The translations under genes and the position numbers were made by a program. This document shows, in pieces, positions 12,991 through 44,617 of a stretch of 64,000 nucleotides of DNA (the first letter of the stretch is position 1; every line of letters starts with the position of its first letter). This stretch comes from Lingula anatina (taxonomy: Eukaryota; Animalia; Brachiopoda). The notes below the pieces were generated by a model, which saw only the letters and a list, made by a program, of their open reading frames with translations, was not told the origin of the DNA and made no database searches. Location: NCBI GenBank assembly GCA_051362555.1, contig CM120640.1, forward strand, positions 65,822,788 to 65,886,787, given 5' to 3'.

Positions 12991-14110
12991 CCCAGTGTTG
13001 TCTGTCACCTCTGCTCTCACCTACTCTGGGGACATGTGGAGCTAAGAGCTAAAAAGGATATACATGGTCTTGGCATCAAGTTCATTAATGTAGTAAAACA
13101 CTTGAACAAAAACTAGGACACGTTCAAGTTGCTATTCATTTGTGCAAGGTAAAGATGGTGGTATCAAACTAGAGAAAAAGAGTCTTGGATGGATTGACTG
13201 AAGCTTTTGAATCTCGTGACCTCATGTCTTCATTATTATTATTACTATTATTATATGAATGTTGTCATTATTATTATTATTACTTTTAGTTAAGGACTTT
13301 ATTAGATTGTTACTAGATAGTGTTATAGGGATAAAAGTAGTGTTTCATATTAAAAGTTGTTCATAAATTGATAAATAATGATTTTGCTTGAAAAAGAATG
13401 TGTTCGTAATTATCAATTTAATGTGGTTGTTATTTTGTTTTATTACTATTATTATTATTTTTATTATTAATTATAAGGACTTTATAAGATTGTTACAGGT
13501 TTAAAAGTAGTGTTTGATATTAAAAATTGTTCACATTTTGATCAATGATTAATAATTATTACTCAGGAGAAAATATTGTTTGGTAAATGTTTCCACAATA
13601 TGAGATTAGTGCATTTTGTAATTCAGTGCTTGTGTATCTTAAATACATTCATGACATTTATGTTGGAATGCTATAATGCAGCCAGTGTTTTCTGTGACCT
13701 CTGCTCTCACCTGGAACTAAGACATGACTAATTACAAAGTGATCAAAGAAATATGTATATGGTTTTGGCATCATCAAGTTGATTAATGTAGTCAAACATT
13801 GAACAAAAACTGTTAAGTTGTGCAATGTAAGGATGGTTATTTCAGAAAGAAAAAAGTCCAGGGTTGATAGATTAATTGATGGCAACTTTGTCGTTCATAA
13901 CTCCATGTCTTAATTATTACTTTGATAATTTAGTTAAGGCCTTGATTAGTTTATTACTAGATAGTGTTATAGGGTAGGAAATAGTGTTTGATATTAATAG
14001 TTGTTCATTATTTGATTTATGATGATTATGCATGAGAAAAAATGGTTTGGTAAACGTTTGTAAAATATGAGTTGTATGCTTTTTGTATTGCAGTGCTAGT
14101 ATAAATCTTA
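12991..14110. repeat. Old diverged tandem duplication (period about 690 bp)
   Basis: CCAGTGTT.TCTGT.ACCTCTGCTCTCACCT...TTGGCATCA...TTAATGTAGT.AAACA.TTGAACAAAAACT at about 12992 and 13682, with matching AT-rich tails. Confidence 0.7.
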
Positions 14111-15626
14111 AATGATAATTATAATCATCATATTTGAGTCTGAAATCCTAATTTGTTCAGTCAACTTTATAATGCAACGTGAAAAAAATGATAAAAAAGG
14201 CTAGTAAAAATTGATGAAAGCAAATGATGTAGAAATAAAAATGCTACTTGATCCAAGGAGCTCTAACAAACACCTTGCTTGATCACACACTTTAAAAAGT
14301 CATTAGTAAAAACTATATACATAATTTGTTTCAATAGATACGTCATGAGTTCCCTTTAAAAAGTATCTGAGAGTCTTCTCTGCGCAGTGAAAGTGGGAAT
14401 AAATATATTTATGAAATTACAGTCGTACACTGTCATTAGTAACCCTCCAAAATCAATACGATTTTCCATTTTTACGTAGATTGATAAAATACGTTATATT
14501 CTTTTTTTGGCAAGATTTCATCGAATCCTTTCTATGGTGTGCATGTTATCACATTTGGAAATGCCAGATGCATCAACATTTAAATCACTGTTTTGACTGC
14601 ACAGTATCTTTGCGTTAACAAATGAAACTTCGATAGGATGGGTTGAGATGTGACTTAAGGTTGTGGCGGATCCTCTAACACAATGCTCTTGAATTTTTTA
14701 ATGCACGAGATCGACAAGGAACTAAGTACACTTTCGCTTTTCTGTGTAATTTTAAGATTTTGTTTAGGCAAAAAAATTAAATCCCAGGGGCGTCTATTTA
14801 AAGCAATTTTAATTTGATTTTAAAAGTAAAATTTGTGCTTTACTCACATTTACGCAAATACCTTGCACTTTCCGTTAATGGTTAACCTACATTTGAACAG
14901 GCCGGGTTTCCCCATTTATTTTTATGGCACTTTTAGGAGAAACCGTAAGTTGATTTTGCAAAAGCTGTAGGGACACGATGGAAACTATAAAAATATGCAT
15001 AACAGAATTATGACTGACGAAACCTGGAGAATATCTTAAATACAAAACCTAATAAAAAGATAAGTAGGAGTTCATATGAGACAAAATATGGAAATTGGGG
15101 ACGATGCAATTATTCGCCATCGATTTTACTAACTATTCAATTAGAAACCTGTTGAAAGTAGATATGCCTAATTATTGGCATAGACGGCGGAAGTGGTGAG
15201 CGATACTAAGTAAATCAATTAACATAGCGCGTGACCCGAGTCGTTTGTCTTTTCCCTATCTCTGTTTGACAAGAAAAGCTGTGTGGGATTTGTTCTTAGG
15301 TGAATTGCATGCAATCAATTATTTCCTCGCCCTCTATTACTTCATTTAGCAATAATACGTGCACATTTAGGGGACTTTTGTTCAGGCGTAAATTTATTAA
15401 CATACCACTATTATGAACATTACAATCTGCAGCCAAATTTGATACCTTGCAATAGCTCTGGTTTTATGTCAACAGCGTGTTAGAATACAATCATTTCTAT
15501 CCTAATATTTGCTTTTGTTGGCGTTGAATAGCGTACGGGGTTTCAGTCTGGTGAGACGTGATGTCAACAGGCTAGCGCAGTATTTAAGCAAAGGAAACTA
15601 GCTCGGAGAAGTTCCTCACAGGAAAT

Positions 15627-15649
15627 ATGGTATACCACAACAAACTGCC
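15627..15649 (+). CDS. Candidate alternative first coding exon (MVYHNKLP) of the gene above
   Basis: ATG...CC|GTAAGC, phase 2, compatible with the acceptor at 17981; TATTTAA at about 15581 and TGATGTCA at about 15559 upstream. Confidence 0.4.
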
Positions 15650-16138
15650 GTAAGCAGAAAACGGGGAAAAGGCAGCACGGTATTTGGGCCAGCAACTATC
15701 CGAATCGAAGGTTTTTGACCTGTGTTCAATTCGTCACTTTACGTCGGATGTTAGCGATACCAGGTACTATTTGGTTGGTGGATTTACCTGAACAAATATA
15801 AGCCAGATGTAAGCCAGTTACAAAGCACTTGAAAACGGGGATATCATACTCTGTTCCTAAAGATATTGTTTGTTGTATGGTAAGGCCTTTCATAAGCTGC
15901 AATTAACGACATTCATACGGAAAATACGGAAAGAAATGCTCTGAGGAAAATTCCCGAGCTTTTGAGGGTTCATATCCATAGTGATGTCGGATGAACCAAT
16001 AAAGAAGACATGAACGAAAGGAGCATATTAAGATAATGAGACTCAGGAGACTAATAGGGACGGCTTTCACTTGGTAACTACGCAATCATGTGCTGTTCAT
16101 CATAACAAAGCAAGGCAGACAACGGCGTGGTCGGTGCC

Positions 16139-19100
16139 ATGGCAAGATTCGCAGCCAGAAATGACGGACCGGCACCCGTTTCCAAACCAAAACAATCACC
16201 CAGGTAAGGACATTACTACCTTAGGGACGCTAGGCATTGATTAACAAAATTTAATCCCTGTGCTCTTTTTGTATGGGTATGATATACAGGTCGTTTGAAT
16301 TTTCTATCACTACTCAGGGTTGATTATTCAAAGATAATAGAATCTACGTTTATCGGAATGGCAAATAGAATTGTGTGTATTTGGTATTATTTATCTGGTG
16401 TTGAAACTGTCTCACCGACAGAAGTTTGGAGTTATGACATGCCCGTATGTTGTTGGAATCGCTGGATAGTGTTATTAAATATGGAGAGTCAGAGGTATAA
16501 CAATACCCCAGGTATATTACATATACTGACAAAATGACTACTCGGCAACAAATGTGCAGGAAAATCCACTGGAGTGTAGAGATTAAAATCTTTTGTCAAT
16601 GGAATGGTTGCTTTTGTTCGTTTGTTTCGGCGTTCTGTTTGCAGAGTAAATATCACCTTTTTGGACGTGCTCTATGTGTTCTCCCCTGTTAAAAAAGGAA
16701 CGACAAATGCAGATTGTTTGGTTTTAAAAGTAAATTTATCACACACCTCCCTCCCCATTGTGAATATCCCCCCTGCTTTTCAACATATCTAGACAATGCA
16801 TTTAGCCTAGTCCAATACCACTGCCTCTTGTTTGTCAGTGTAAACACAACATTAATACAAACTCTTTATTTGCTATCAATTAAATTTGATCGTTTGAATT
16901 CATTTTGTGAGTTAAAATTACCTCATATAACAAACGGTCTCTAATATGGTTTGAACTCTCGTCTCCTGGGTTGTGTTACAGGTAAATTAATATAGTTAAC
17001 GACAATGCACTGTTTGACATCAATTAAAATCTGTATAGTTTTGATGAATGTTTTGTTGTTTGGGTACTTATTTAATTGTGAAAGGTCTGTCGTTGCTCTA
17101 CATATCACCCCGATCATTTTCAATAACTTCTAAAGATTAAAATTTGCTCCATTGTGCGTTATTTAGGTCGTTTATTACAACGAATAACACCAATCTGAGC
17201 GCTCTAGTACTGTTACACGTACAGAAGATCTTAACATTTGTCACCAATGTGAACACAGCTAATCTCAAATACTAGAACGTTTGTATTGACTAGATACCAG
17301 ACCTGCTTGGAATCGACAGTCTTAAATATATTTTCATTACTGATAACGACCATGCATTGACATGCCATAGGTGAGCCCCCCCACCCCCTCCCTTTTTTGA
17401 TTTTAATTTTTTCTGGATTTTTAAAGTGACAAAAACAGATTTCTTCATTCTCTTCTTTTCTGATAAATTAGTTTGCATAAGGAGCGGCTAACAGGTGTTT
17501 TATTTACAAAGGCCATTTGTCAACAACAAAGTTTTATTGCTGTAAGTGCATTGATCGGACGGGTGAAGTTAGCTTGTAACCTAATATCGATCACTGTTTC
17601 ACGCGTTGTCATACCACTACTGGCACGCTTAATCCGCTAATATCAAAGATAGGCCTACCTCGGACAGGATGCCCGGGTACGTATGGTCGTTAAAAAATTA
17701 CTACCAGGGGAGTTCATGCAGCTTTGTTTTTTATATATGCCACCTGTTTATTCGTGTTTTTAATGGCAAACAGAGGTTATACTCACAGAAGTGGTAAACT
17801 GCACATAGACGTCTTTCTTTTTAATTTGCAGGCTGGACAATCGCTTATCAATATCATGCTTTCGAAAACAACACATTTTCTACGGCTGTGGCAGTTTCTG
17901 TATTCGAGAGCATTTATGTAGAGTTAGGACCCAACGTGTATTTTCTCCGTATACATGAGAGGGCATTGTTTTACTTTCAGAAAGACACAGCGGTATGAAG
18001 TTTTGCTGGGTTGGAACGCACAGGAGGCTGGGGACGATACAGGTAAGGCCATTATGTTTCGTTCATCAAAACAAATACGTTTAAGTTTGTAAATTTATAC
18101 TTAATTATAAATCGTGTTTGTCACTTTAGGCTAATTGCATTCGTGTTTTGTGTAAATGGCAAAGTTGACAAAATATGCACCGAGTAAACGGTGGTTGCAC
18201 CTATCAACATTTACCAATATAATGAAGAGGTTACTTGTTTGACCCCTTGCATATACAATTCATGGAGTGCATAAATAATTGCCTTACAATCGATTATTCA
18301 TATCAGTCAATTCTTTCTATTAAATTAGGTATCGAAGCTTGGATGAGAAGAAAAAACAAGTACAAAGATGAAGACGGTAATTCGTTTTTTTATCATTTTG
18401 CTTCGTTTGAAGTTTCATTTTCATTTCATTTTGTTTGTTAACATCCGTTACTGATGTCAATTAAGTGGACATCCTGCTCATATACGCTTATAGTAAAATA
18501 TCAATATTTTTCAGGACACGAATCCCCCACAAGAAAAGTCCCACCTGTTAAGTTAGCTTGGGAAAAGTACACTTGTGTTCCAGTCAATAAATGTCAAGCG
18601 ATCGACAATCATGAAAAGTTCAAGGAAAATAGTTTGTTTGAGCAGACGAGTGAGGTTAACCTTAGCGTTAAATCGATGGATGACATTGACAAAACTATTA
18701 TACAGTATTTACGCCAAAAGGACGCAAAACTCAAAGAAATGCAAAACCCAGATCCGCCCACCGAGAACATGGTGCAATACTCCATATCACCTGATGAACA
18801 AGGGAACGTTAAAGATGGGGTCTTTTTACCTGGTGAAATGGACAAAAAGGAACATTCTACGGAAGATGGCGTCAATCGTGCCAAACGTTTAATTCAATTT
18901 GTCCAGAGTCGTGGCAAATCTTTTGGGGACCAGTCTCGTGATGATAGTCTTATCCCTCAATTAATATTAAATGGAGATGTCCCTGAAAAACACGCGTTTA
19001 GGAACGCGTCTCTTAGTGCAAAATCGTCAAGCACTACAACGACAACATCTAGTGACCAGTCAGTATCTATCTCAGACTCGCTTTCTCCACCGAGATATCC

Positions 19101-20113
19101 GAATGGTAGAACGAAACATTTAAATATCAAAAGCGCCAGAGAAATAGGCACTGGTAGAATACATCAAATCCCAAAAAGGACAGCAAAGAGTGCAAAGTCT
19201 TTCGAGGGCTATAGTTATTCTAGAATGCTCGCTACGCTTGCTAATAAACCTGCTAAGTTGTCCTACACACACGGACAGTTAAAAAGCCCCCGTGAGTTGT
19301 CGCCCAGTATGACGAGCGGTGACGACGACTCAGGCCAACAAACGCCAGATACTCTGGACTCAAATAGAGCGGCCCCGCCATCAATTTCAGCAGAGTCGTC
19401 TTCAGAAGCGTTTATGACTGCTTTGAACGAAATGAAGAACGAGTCGCCATCTCACACGACTAATACCATGACCACTACTGAAAAACTAAAGCAGTGGCAC
19501 GAAACATTTGACAAGCCAGATTCATTAAAAGTCAGGCTGCCAGTGCCTACCAAGAGTAGAGAAGAAATGGTGCTATTAAAAGTCAGTTTAAAAGAATACC
19601 AAGGCAGCTTAAAAAGAAATAGACAAAGCGTTGAAAACGGAAAGGGAACATTATCCTCTGAAAAGAAATCTACCTCCGAACCCCTGTCTCATAAAAAGAA
19701 TGGTAAAACCACTATTGCCCAACAAAAAGTCAAAGTCACACAGGGCCCTACAAAGTCAACCTCCCCCATCCCAATACCGCAAGCATCATCTGGTTCACCC
19801 AGTAGCAGTGCCAACTCCCCCGTTGCTGGGGTTAGGGAGAAGAGCTTTTTTCCCATAGGAGAGTTATTACCGGCGGTTGATAGTAGTTACCAAAACAGCA
19901 TGCCAGTCAGAGGGAGTAAACTTGCTAGTCATCTCTACAGGGATGGTTTGGGTGGAGGTCCAAGACAAGACAGTGTCATGATTGGAGAAGAGAGCACTGT
20001 TATTGTAAGAGAAGGGATAGACATGATTCGAATACGGGACTCAGACAAGGTAAGTGTTTTAATGCGCCACAAAATCATGAAACATGAATCCGCAACTGCA
20101 GCCTTTTTTTTTT

Positions 20114-20151
<38 letters not shown>

Positions 20152-21924
20152 TGTGTGTGAAAGGAAACACAGAAATCTATGCACTTACTAGAGTTAAGGT
20201 CTTAAAGCATTGAATATTAGGCTCAAGCTTTTCTTTTATATGTATTTTCAAAAGTTACATTGACATTGACGGCTTTTCCCCCGTACATCGGTGTAACGTT
20301 TTCTTAATTTTCTTCACTTTTAAGCGACACGGGCCCCCAGCATTTAGACCACAGTTCCAAAAGACCCCGCTGCAGAGAGCTAGGGACATAACACAAAAGA
20401 GAATATACACCCAGTTGGGTAAATTATACGGCCAGGTAAAGGGATTAGGACTTCATCGCTCTTATTGTTGACTCATCAAATTTCCGATTAAATTGGAACA
20501 AGATCGTGTGACATGAAAGTTTAAAACGGTAACATTAAATGTTTTGTTTCGCATATTGATATTGAAATAATGAATACATATCATGGTTACAATATTTGCC
20601 CTCACCTAGGAAACTGACGATACCTCTTTGAAGAAAAAGCCAGCTGGCGGGAACGAGGTCCCCAAGACGGCCCCGCCACACACCAGCAGGCCATGGCGGG
20701 CGCCAGAAGCTCCAACTAGCCCCAATTCAAAAACTGGAAGAAGCTCGGCGGGGTCAGTGAATTCTCTGTAGGCTACTGCTTTTGATAATAATATGTAAGA
20801 TTGGGTGATTGTTCAGAAACAAGATGGAAAGGGATTGTGTTTCAGAGTCTGATACAAGATGCGTATATTGCTACTGTTACTGTAAGATAAATGCAACTGT
20901 CAATATTGTATGTTTTTATAGGTACAGTTGTCTCTCTCAGCCATCCGTTGCAAAGAAATATCTTGGAAAACCTCTGAATGATATTTTCTCGGGTTATTCC
21001 AAAAGGTTATACTTGTAAGTCCCACCGAGTGGAGAGTGGTGAATATAAAACATTGACTAGATTAAACTCTTCTCAGTTTACCGTTTGGCGTCACCTTCTT
21101 CACGTGCGACCTGGTATCACGTAACATTCCAGTTTTCACTCACAATCTTTCCGAATAAATTCTCCTGTGTAAAGATTAAAAACAGTAAATTGGCTCATCA
21201 CCAAATACTCTCTATATAGCTGCGTCTTGCGTTTCAACCACTAGTATCTGTGTCACTATATTCACGTGCCACATTCACTGTAATCACATATGTTCTCTGT
21301 TCAGCTTTTCTTTTATCACTTATCACGGACTTTCTCTAATTAATTGCATATATGGAGGACTATTGAATAACCATTCTGAATTGTTTTGGTGTAACAACCC
21401 ATTTTTTCGGCGTAATAAGGATGACTATGTGAAATGGTTTAAAGTTGTTGTTTTTTTAATGTGAACTTTCCCCAGTTATTTCATAAGCAAGCATCTAGCA
21501 AATATAATTCATCCTTTCATATCTCCATAGGGTTTTCAGGACAATTTGATACAGATTTGCGATTTTAAGTTTGGTTTATTGGCATCATAATCTCTCTCAA
21601 ATGTTAAAAAATTACTTATCTTCATTGCAGAGCATCTCGTCAGCACGAATCTAATCAAGATGACGTCACGCAGTTTGCTAAATCTCAGTATTCACTCGGA
21701 GTGAGGTAGTGGACTAAGTTAATCAAAATGATTAATTAATCAGCAATTTAAAAAGCTACTATAGTCGGTTAGTCAGTTTATTTATTTCCTGATATTTATC
21801 CAACGTCTAATTTTTCTTGATCTTTGCCTTTGACATAATCACTATATATTTTTTGTATTTTAGAAGCGGCACAGCCGCTCCAGACATGAGGGAGAAAGGG
21901 AATTCCATTGTCGTGGAAAGATAG
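16139..21924 (+). CDS. Uncharacterised S/T/K/P-rich, probably disordered protein (about 674 aa)
   Basis: Phase-consistent GT-AG model: 16139-16203, 17981-18042, 18515-20049 (bulk of the 568-aa ORF), 20610-20752, 20922-21005, 21631-21705, 21864-21924 (TAG). Read-through of the 20752 donor stops at 20771. No domain recognised. Confidence 0.7.
20119..20159. repeat. (GT)n microsatellite after poly-T
   Basis: Seen directly; explains the VCVC tail of the ORF track. Confidence 0.95.
20320..20370 (-). mobile_element. Possible SINE central-domain remnant
   Basis: Reverse complement ggtcttttggaactgtggtctaaatgctgggggcccgtgtcg loosely resembles the Deu/Nin-type SINE core as I recall it. Confidence 0.25.
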
Positions 21925-23640
21925 CAGTTGGAAACCGCTGACTTTTTGCTCAACAAAAAAGAGTGAATATGGTGTACAAAAAAAGGTCGTTCTCAAATCA
22001 TCTGCGTTGTTTGAAATTTCATTACACTGACCTTTATTGAAAACGAATCACTATTGGCAATTAAAAAAAAAACCGAAAAGCAATTAAGTGCTACGTGTCG
22101 AGAAAGGCTGAAACTGTGCTATTTTCAGTCGAATGATACTACTAGTACATAGCAATGAATAGCAGTGAATACGTTTCGTGTTCTAGTCTATTAGAAGCAA
22201 TTATTGATTATTTTGTGTCGTCGGCGTACAGTATCTCCACTAGTCTTCGGCAACAATTAAAACTACTGTCTCAACACTGTGCAAATTTTACAGATATCTG
22301 AGAAGTCATAATGAAACTAGTTAAATATTTTGGTTTATTGTTGGGCTACATAAAGCAAATAAAAGGATGTGATCATAAAATTTTTTTTATTTTCTCTTAA
22401 AATTGACCAGCTACATACCAATGACGATGGTGTACTCGGAATATGATGTATGTGTTGTTAGCAGGTAAAATAAATCGCAAAAGTGTTCTGCGACTACTTT
22501 CAACAATATGTGATTAGATGGGAATGAAGAAGAATGACGGAGAAAAATCGAGTGATGAAAGTGAAATATATATCTAATTAAAAGCTTGCCTTCTTATCCC
22601 CTAAAAGACACTTAATAGATTACAGATTTTCTTTAAACAAAGGCATTATTTTGTTTATCCTTTAATATTATAACATAAATTAACTAATTCCTTGTCACAA
22701 CAAACCCCGCACCTCATAAAACCGGTGCATTGAAACCTAACCATAACACGTAAGTTTGTCCCAAAGGTATCAGTCCCAACTAGCAGTGGACTGGTAGAAA
22801 CTCTCAATTTGGAGCATTTCAAACTACAGGCTAGGGATCGATCTCCTCAACAAATGACAGAGGCGGATCTGCATGGCCCTCGTCTGGATCCTGAAAATTG
22901 ACCCCTCCCCCTAAAATATTCGTCTCATTGTTGGTCTAATTTTTCCGTTTGAAAAAATGTTTTTCGAAATTGTTTGATCTAGAAAATATAATTTTTTCAT
23001 CACATATCAAAGCGAAATAACAACTATCGATGTATGGTTTCTTCTGCATACTAATTACATGTTGCAACATCGATCTTCAAACTCGAAAATGTGTTTGAGA
23101 CATTTTTCTTTACGTATTCGGCCACATACATACATGTATACATTCCCTTAAATATCTTTTTTAATTCTCTAAAATGCAATTTTAGAGTGACAATACCAAG
23201 GGCAGTGATTTAATTATTTTAGGAGGATAAAACGTCCCTCGCAGTCATAAATGTAAATAATTATAACCTGTTGTCTTTTGATAATGAAGTGAAAAGACTT
23301 CGGATACCAGAAGTAGGGCCCCATTGGGGAATAGTGATCACAATTTACAAATCACAATAAATAAAGCTTACTGATAATACGTTCAAAAATCCTGAAACTT
23401 ACGAATTTGTTTCACGAAGGCGAAGAATAAAAAGCGGCATTCACGAGTCACGGGAATTTTGTTCTTCACGGATTTTATGCTAAATGAAATTAACGTTTCA
23501 CCCAATATATAGTAGCGAGAAATAATAAGTAGCGAGAATATGCCTACCCAATGAGGTCGATTTTTTTTTTAATTATTATAAACGCGTTATAATAGTGCAT
23601 TATCAAAGAAATCTGAAATATATGGGCGCGCGTCATTTAT

Positions 23641-23665
23641 CTTTTATTTTATTTATTTATTTCAT

Positions 23666-23696
<31 letters not shown>

Positions 23697-23723
23697 TTCA
23701 TTATTATTATTATTATTATTATT
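23641..23723. repeat. (TTTA)n/(TTA)n microsatellite
   Basis: Seen directly. Confidence 0.9.
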
Positions 23724-24001
23724 TGTAAATTATTGTAATTTAGACATTTCGTAAAATGGGTTTATACATAGACTTGCTTCCCACTTCATTTCATGTGGCT
23801 GTCAGCATGTTACGCCCAACACTAACTTTAGAGTAAAAACAATACTGAAACAAGATCTTTAAAACCAAGACAAGTGTTTTTTTATCTGGCGTTTTATAAT
23901 ATTATACAAAATATACAATTTCAAACTGTAAATTTGTTTCTGACAGTTCTCACAGTAGTAACACTTATTGAGCGAGGCCTGTACTGGAAGCAGGCTTTTC
24001 A

Positions 24002-24050
24002 CGCCATCTAGTGGTAATTTTGTTGTTGCCATGACAGACCGCCATATTGG
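24002..24050 (+). promoter_or_regulatory. SPEF2 promoter motif cluster: CTCF-like, RFX X-box, YY1-like
   Basis: CGCCATCTAGTGG (reverse complement CCACTAGATGGCG, CTCF core) 24002-24014; GTTGCCATGACAGA (X-box-like) 24025-24038; CGCCATATT 24040-24048; about 100 bp upstream of the ATG. Confidence 0.65.
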
Positions 24051-24134
24051 ATTTTGTGTACATGCAGTCCAGAAAGGACTGAAGACTATTTTATATATTA
24101 TTTAATGTCAGTAGGATAACTGAACTCGTCTAAA

Positions 24135-44081
<19,947 letters not shown>

Positions 44082-44422
44082 AACCAGAGCTTTCCACAGC
44101 ACCAGTGTTCTGATATTACATCAGTAATTGACAGTAAAAAGAACAGTTGATGTTTTCATCTTTTGCATGTGAATAGATCATTTACTGGAGACATTGTCTA
44201 CAGTTTGAATTGTCTGTGATATTAATGAATCCATCCACAATGAACTCAAGTTGTTTATGAGTCAGTAACTTCTCTATTAATGTTGTTGCTCTGTTAGAAA
44301 TCCTGTTTAAAACAATTGACACTCATTTTATATAACATAAGTAGAATATGTTTTTATGATTTTTAAAAATTCAATTATACACTGCAGTAAAGCATATTTG
44401 TAGTATGCTGTTGCTATGTATA

Positions 44423-44432
44423 AATAAATAAA
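44423..44432 (+). terminator. Candidate SPEF2 polyadenylation signal
   Basis: Overlapping AATAAA hexamers about 340 bp after the stop. Confidence 0.55.
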
Positions 44433-44526
44433 ATACATTTAAAACGTATGGCTTTTATATAAACAACTGTAGCCCAAGTACAGTAAAGAGCACTGTAAAG
44501 TACAATTATCCAAAACATAGAAATGC

Positions 44527-44532
44527 TTTATT
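44527..44532 (-). terminator. Candidate DHX29 polyadenylation signal
   Basis: TTTATT on + (AATAAA on -) about 85 bp after the DHX29 stop. Confidence 0.5.
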
Positions 44533-44617
44533 CTTCAGTACAAAATTTAGTTGTCTTGTGATCCTAAAATAATTTGTCTCCTGAACTTTGCCCCAGAATA
44601 CTTCACTGACAGTGTTG

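Noticed and set aside
17832-17980. Extra exon or Sec (TGA) read-through before 17981
   Set aside because: A good acceptor, but all three frames hit stops and no phase-compatible donor leaves a plausible intron; direct splicing to 17981 explains the gene; no SECIS recognised.
18454-20160. 568-aa ORF as a single-exon gene
   Set aside because: Clear acceptor at 18514 and donor at 20050; the ORF ends run through intronic poly-T and GT repeat.
23315-23560. MITE bounded by GGCCCCATTGGGGA / CCCAATGAGGTC
   Set aside because: The inverted repeat is short and degenerate, with no TSD.
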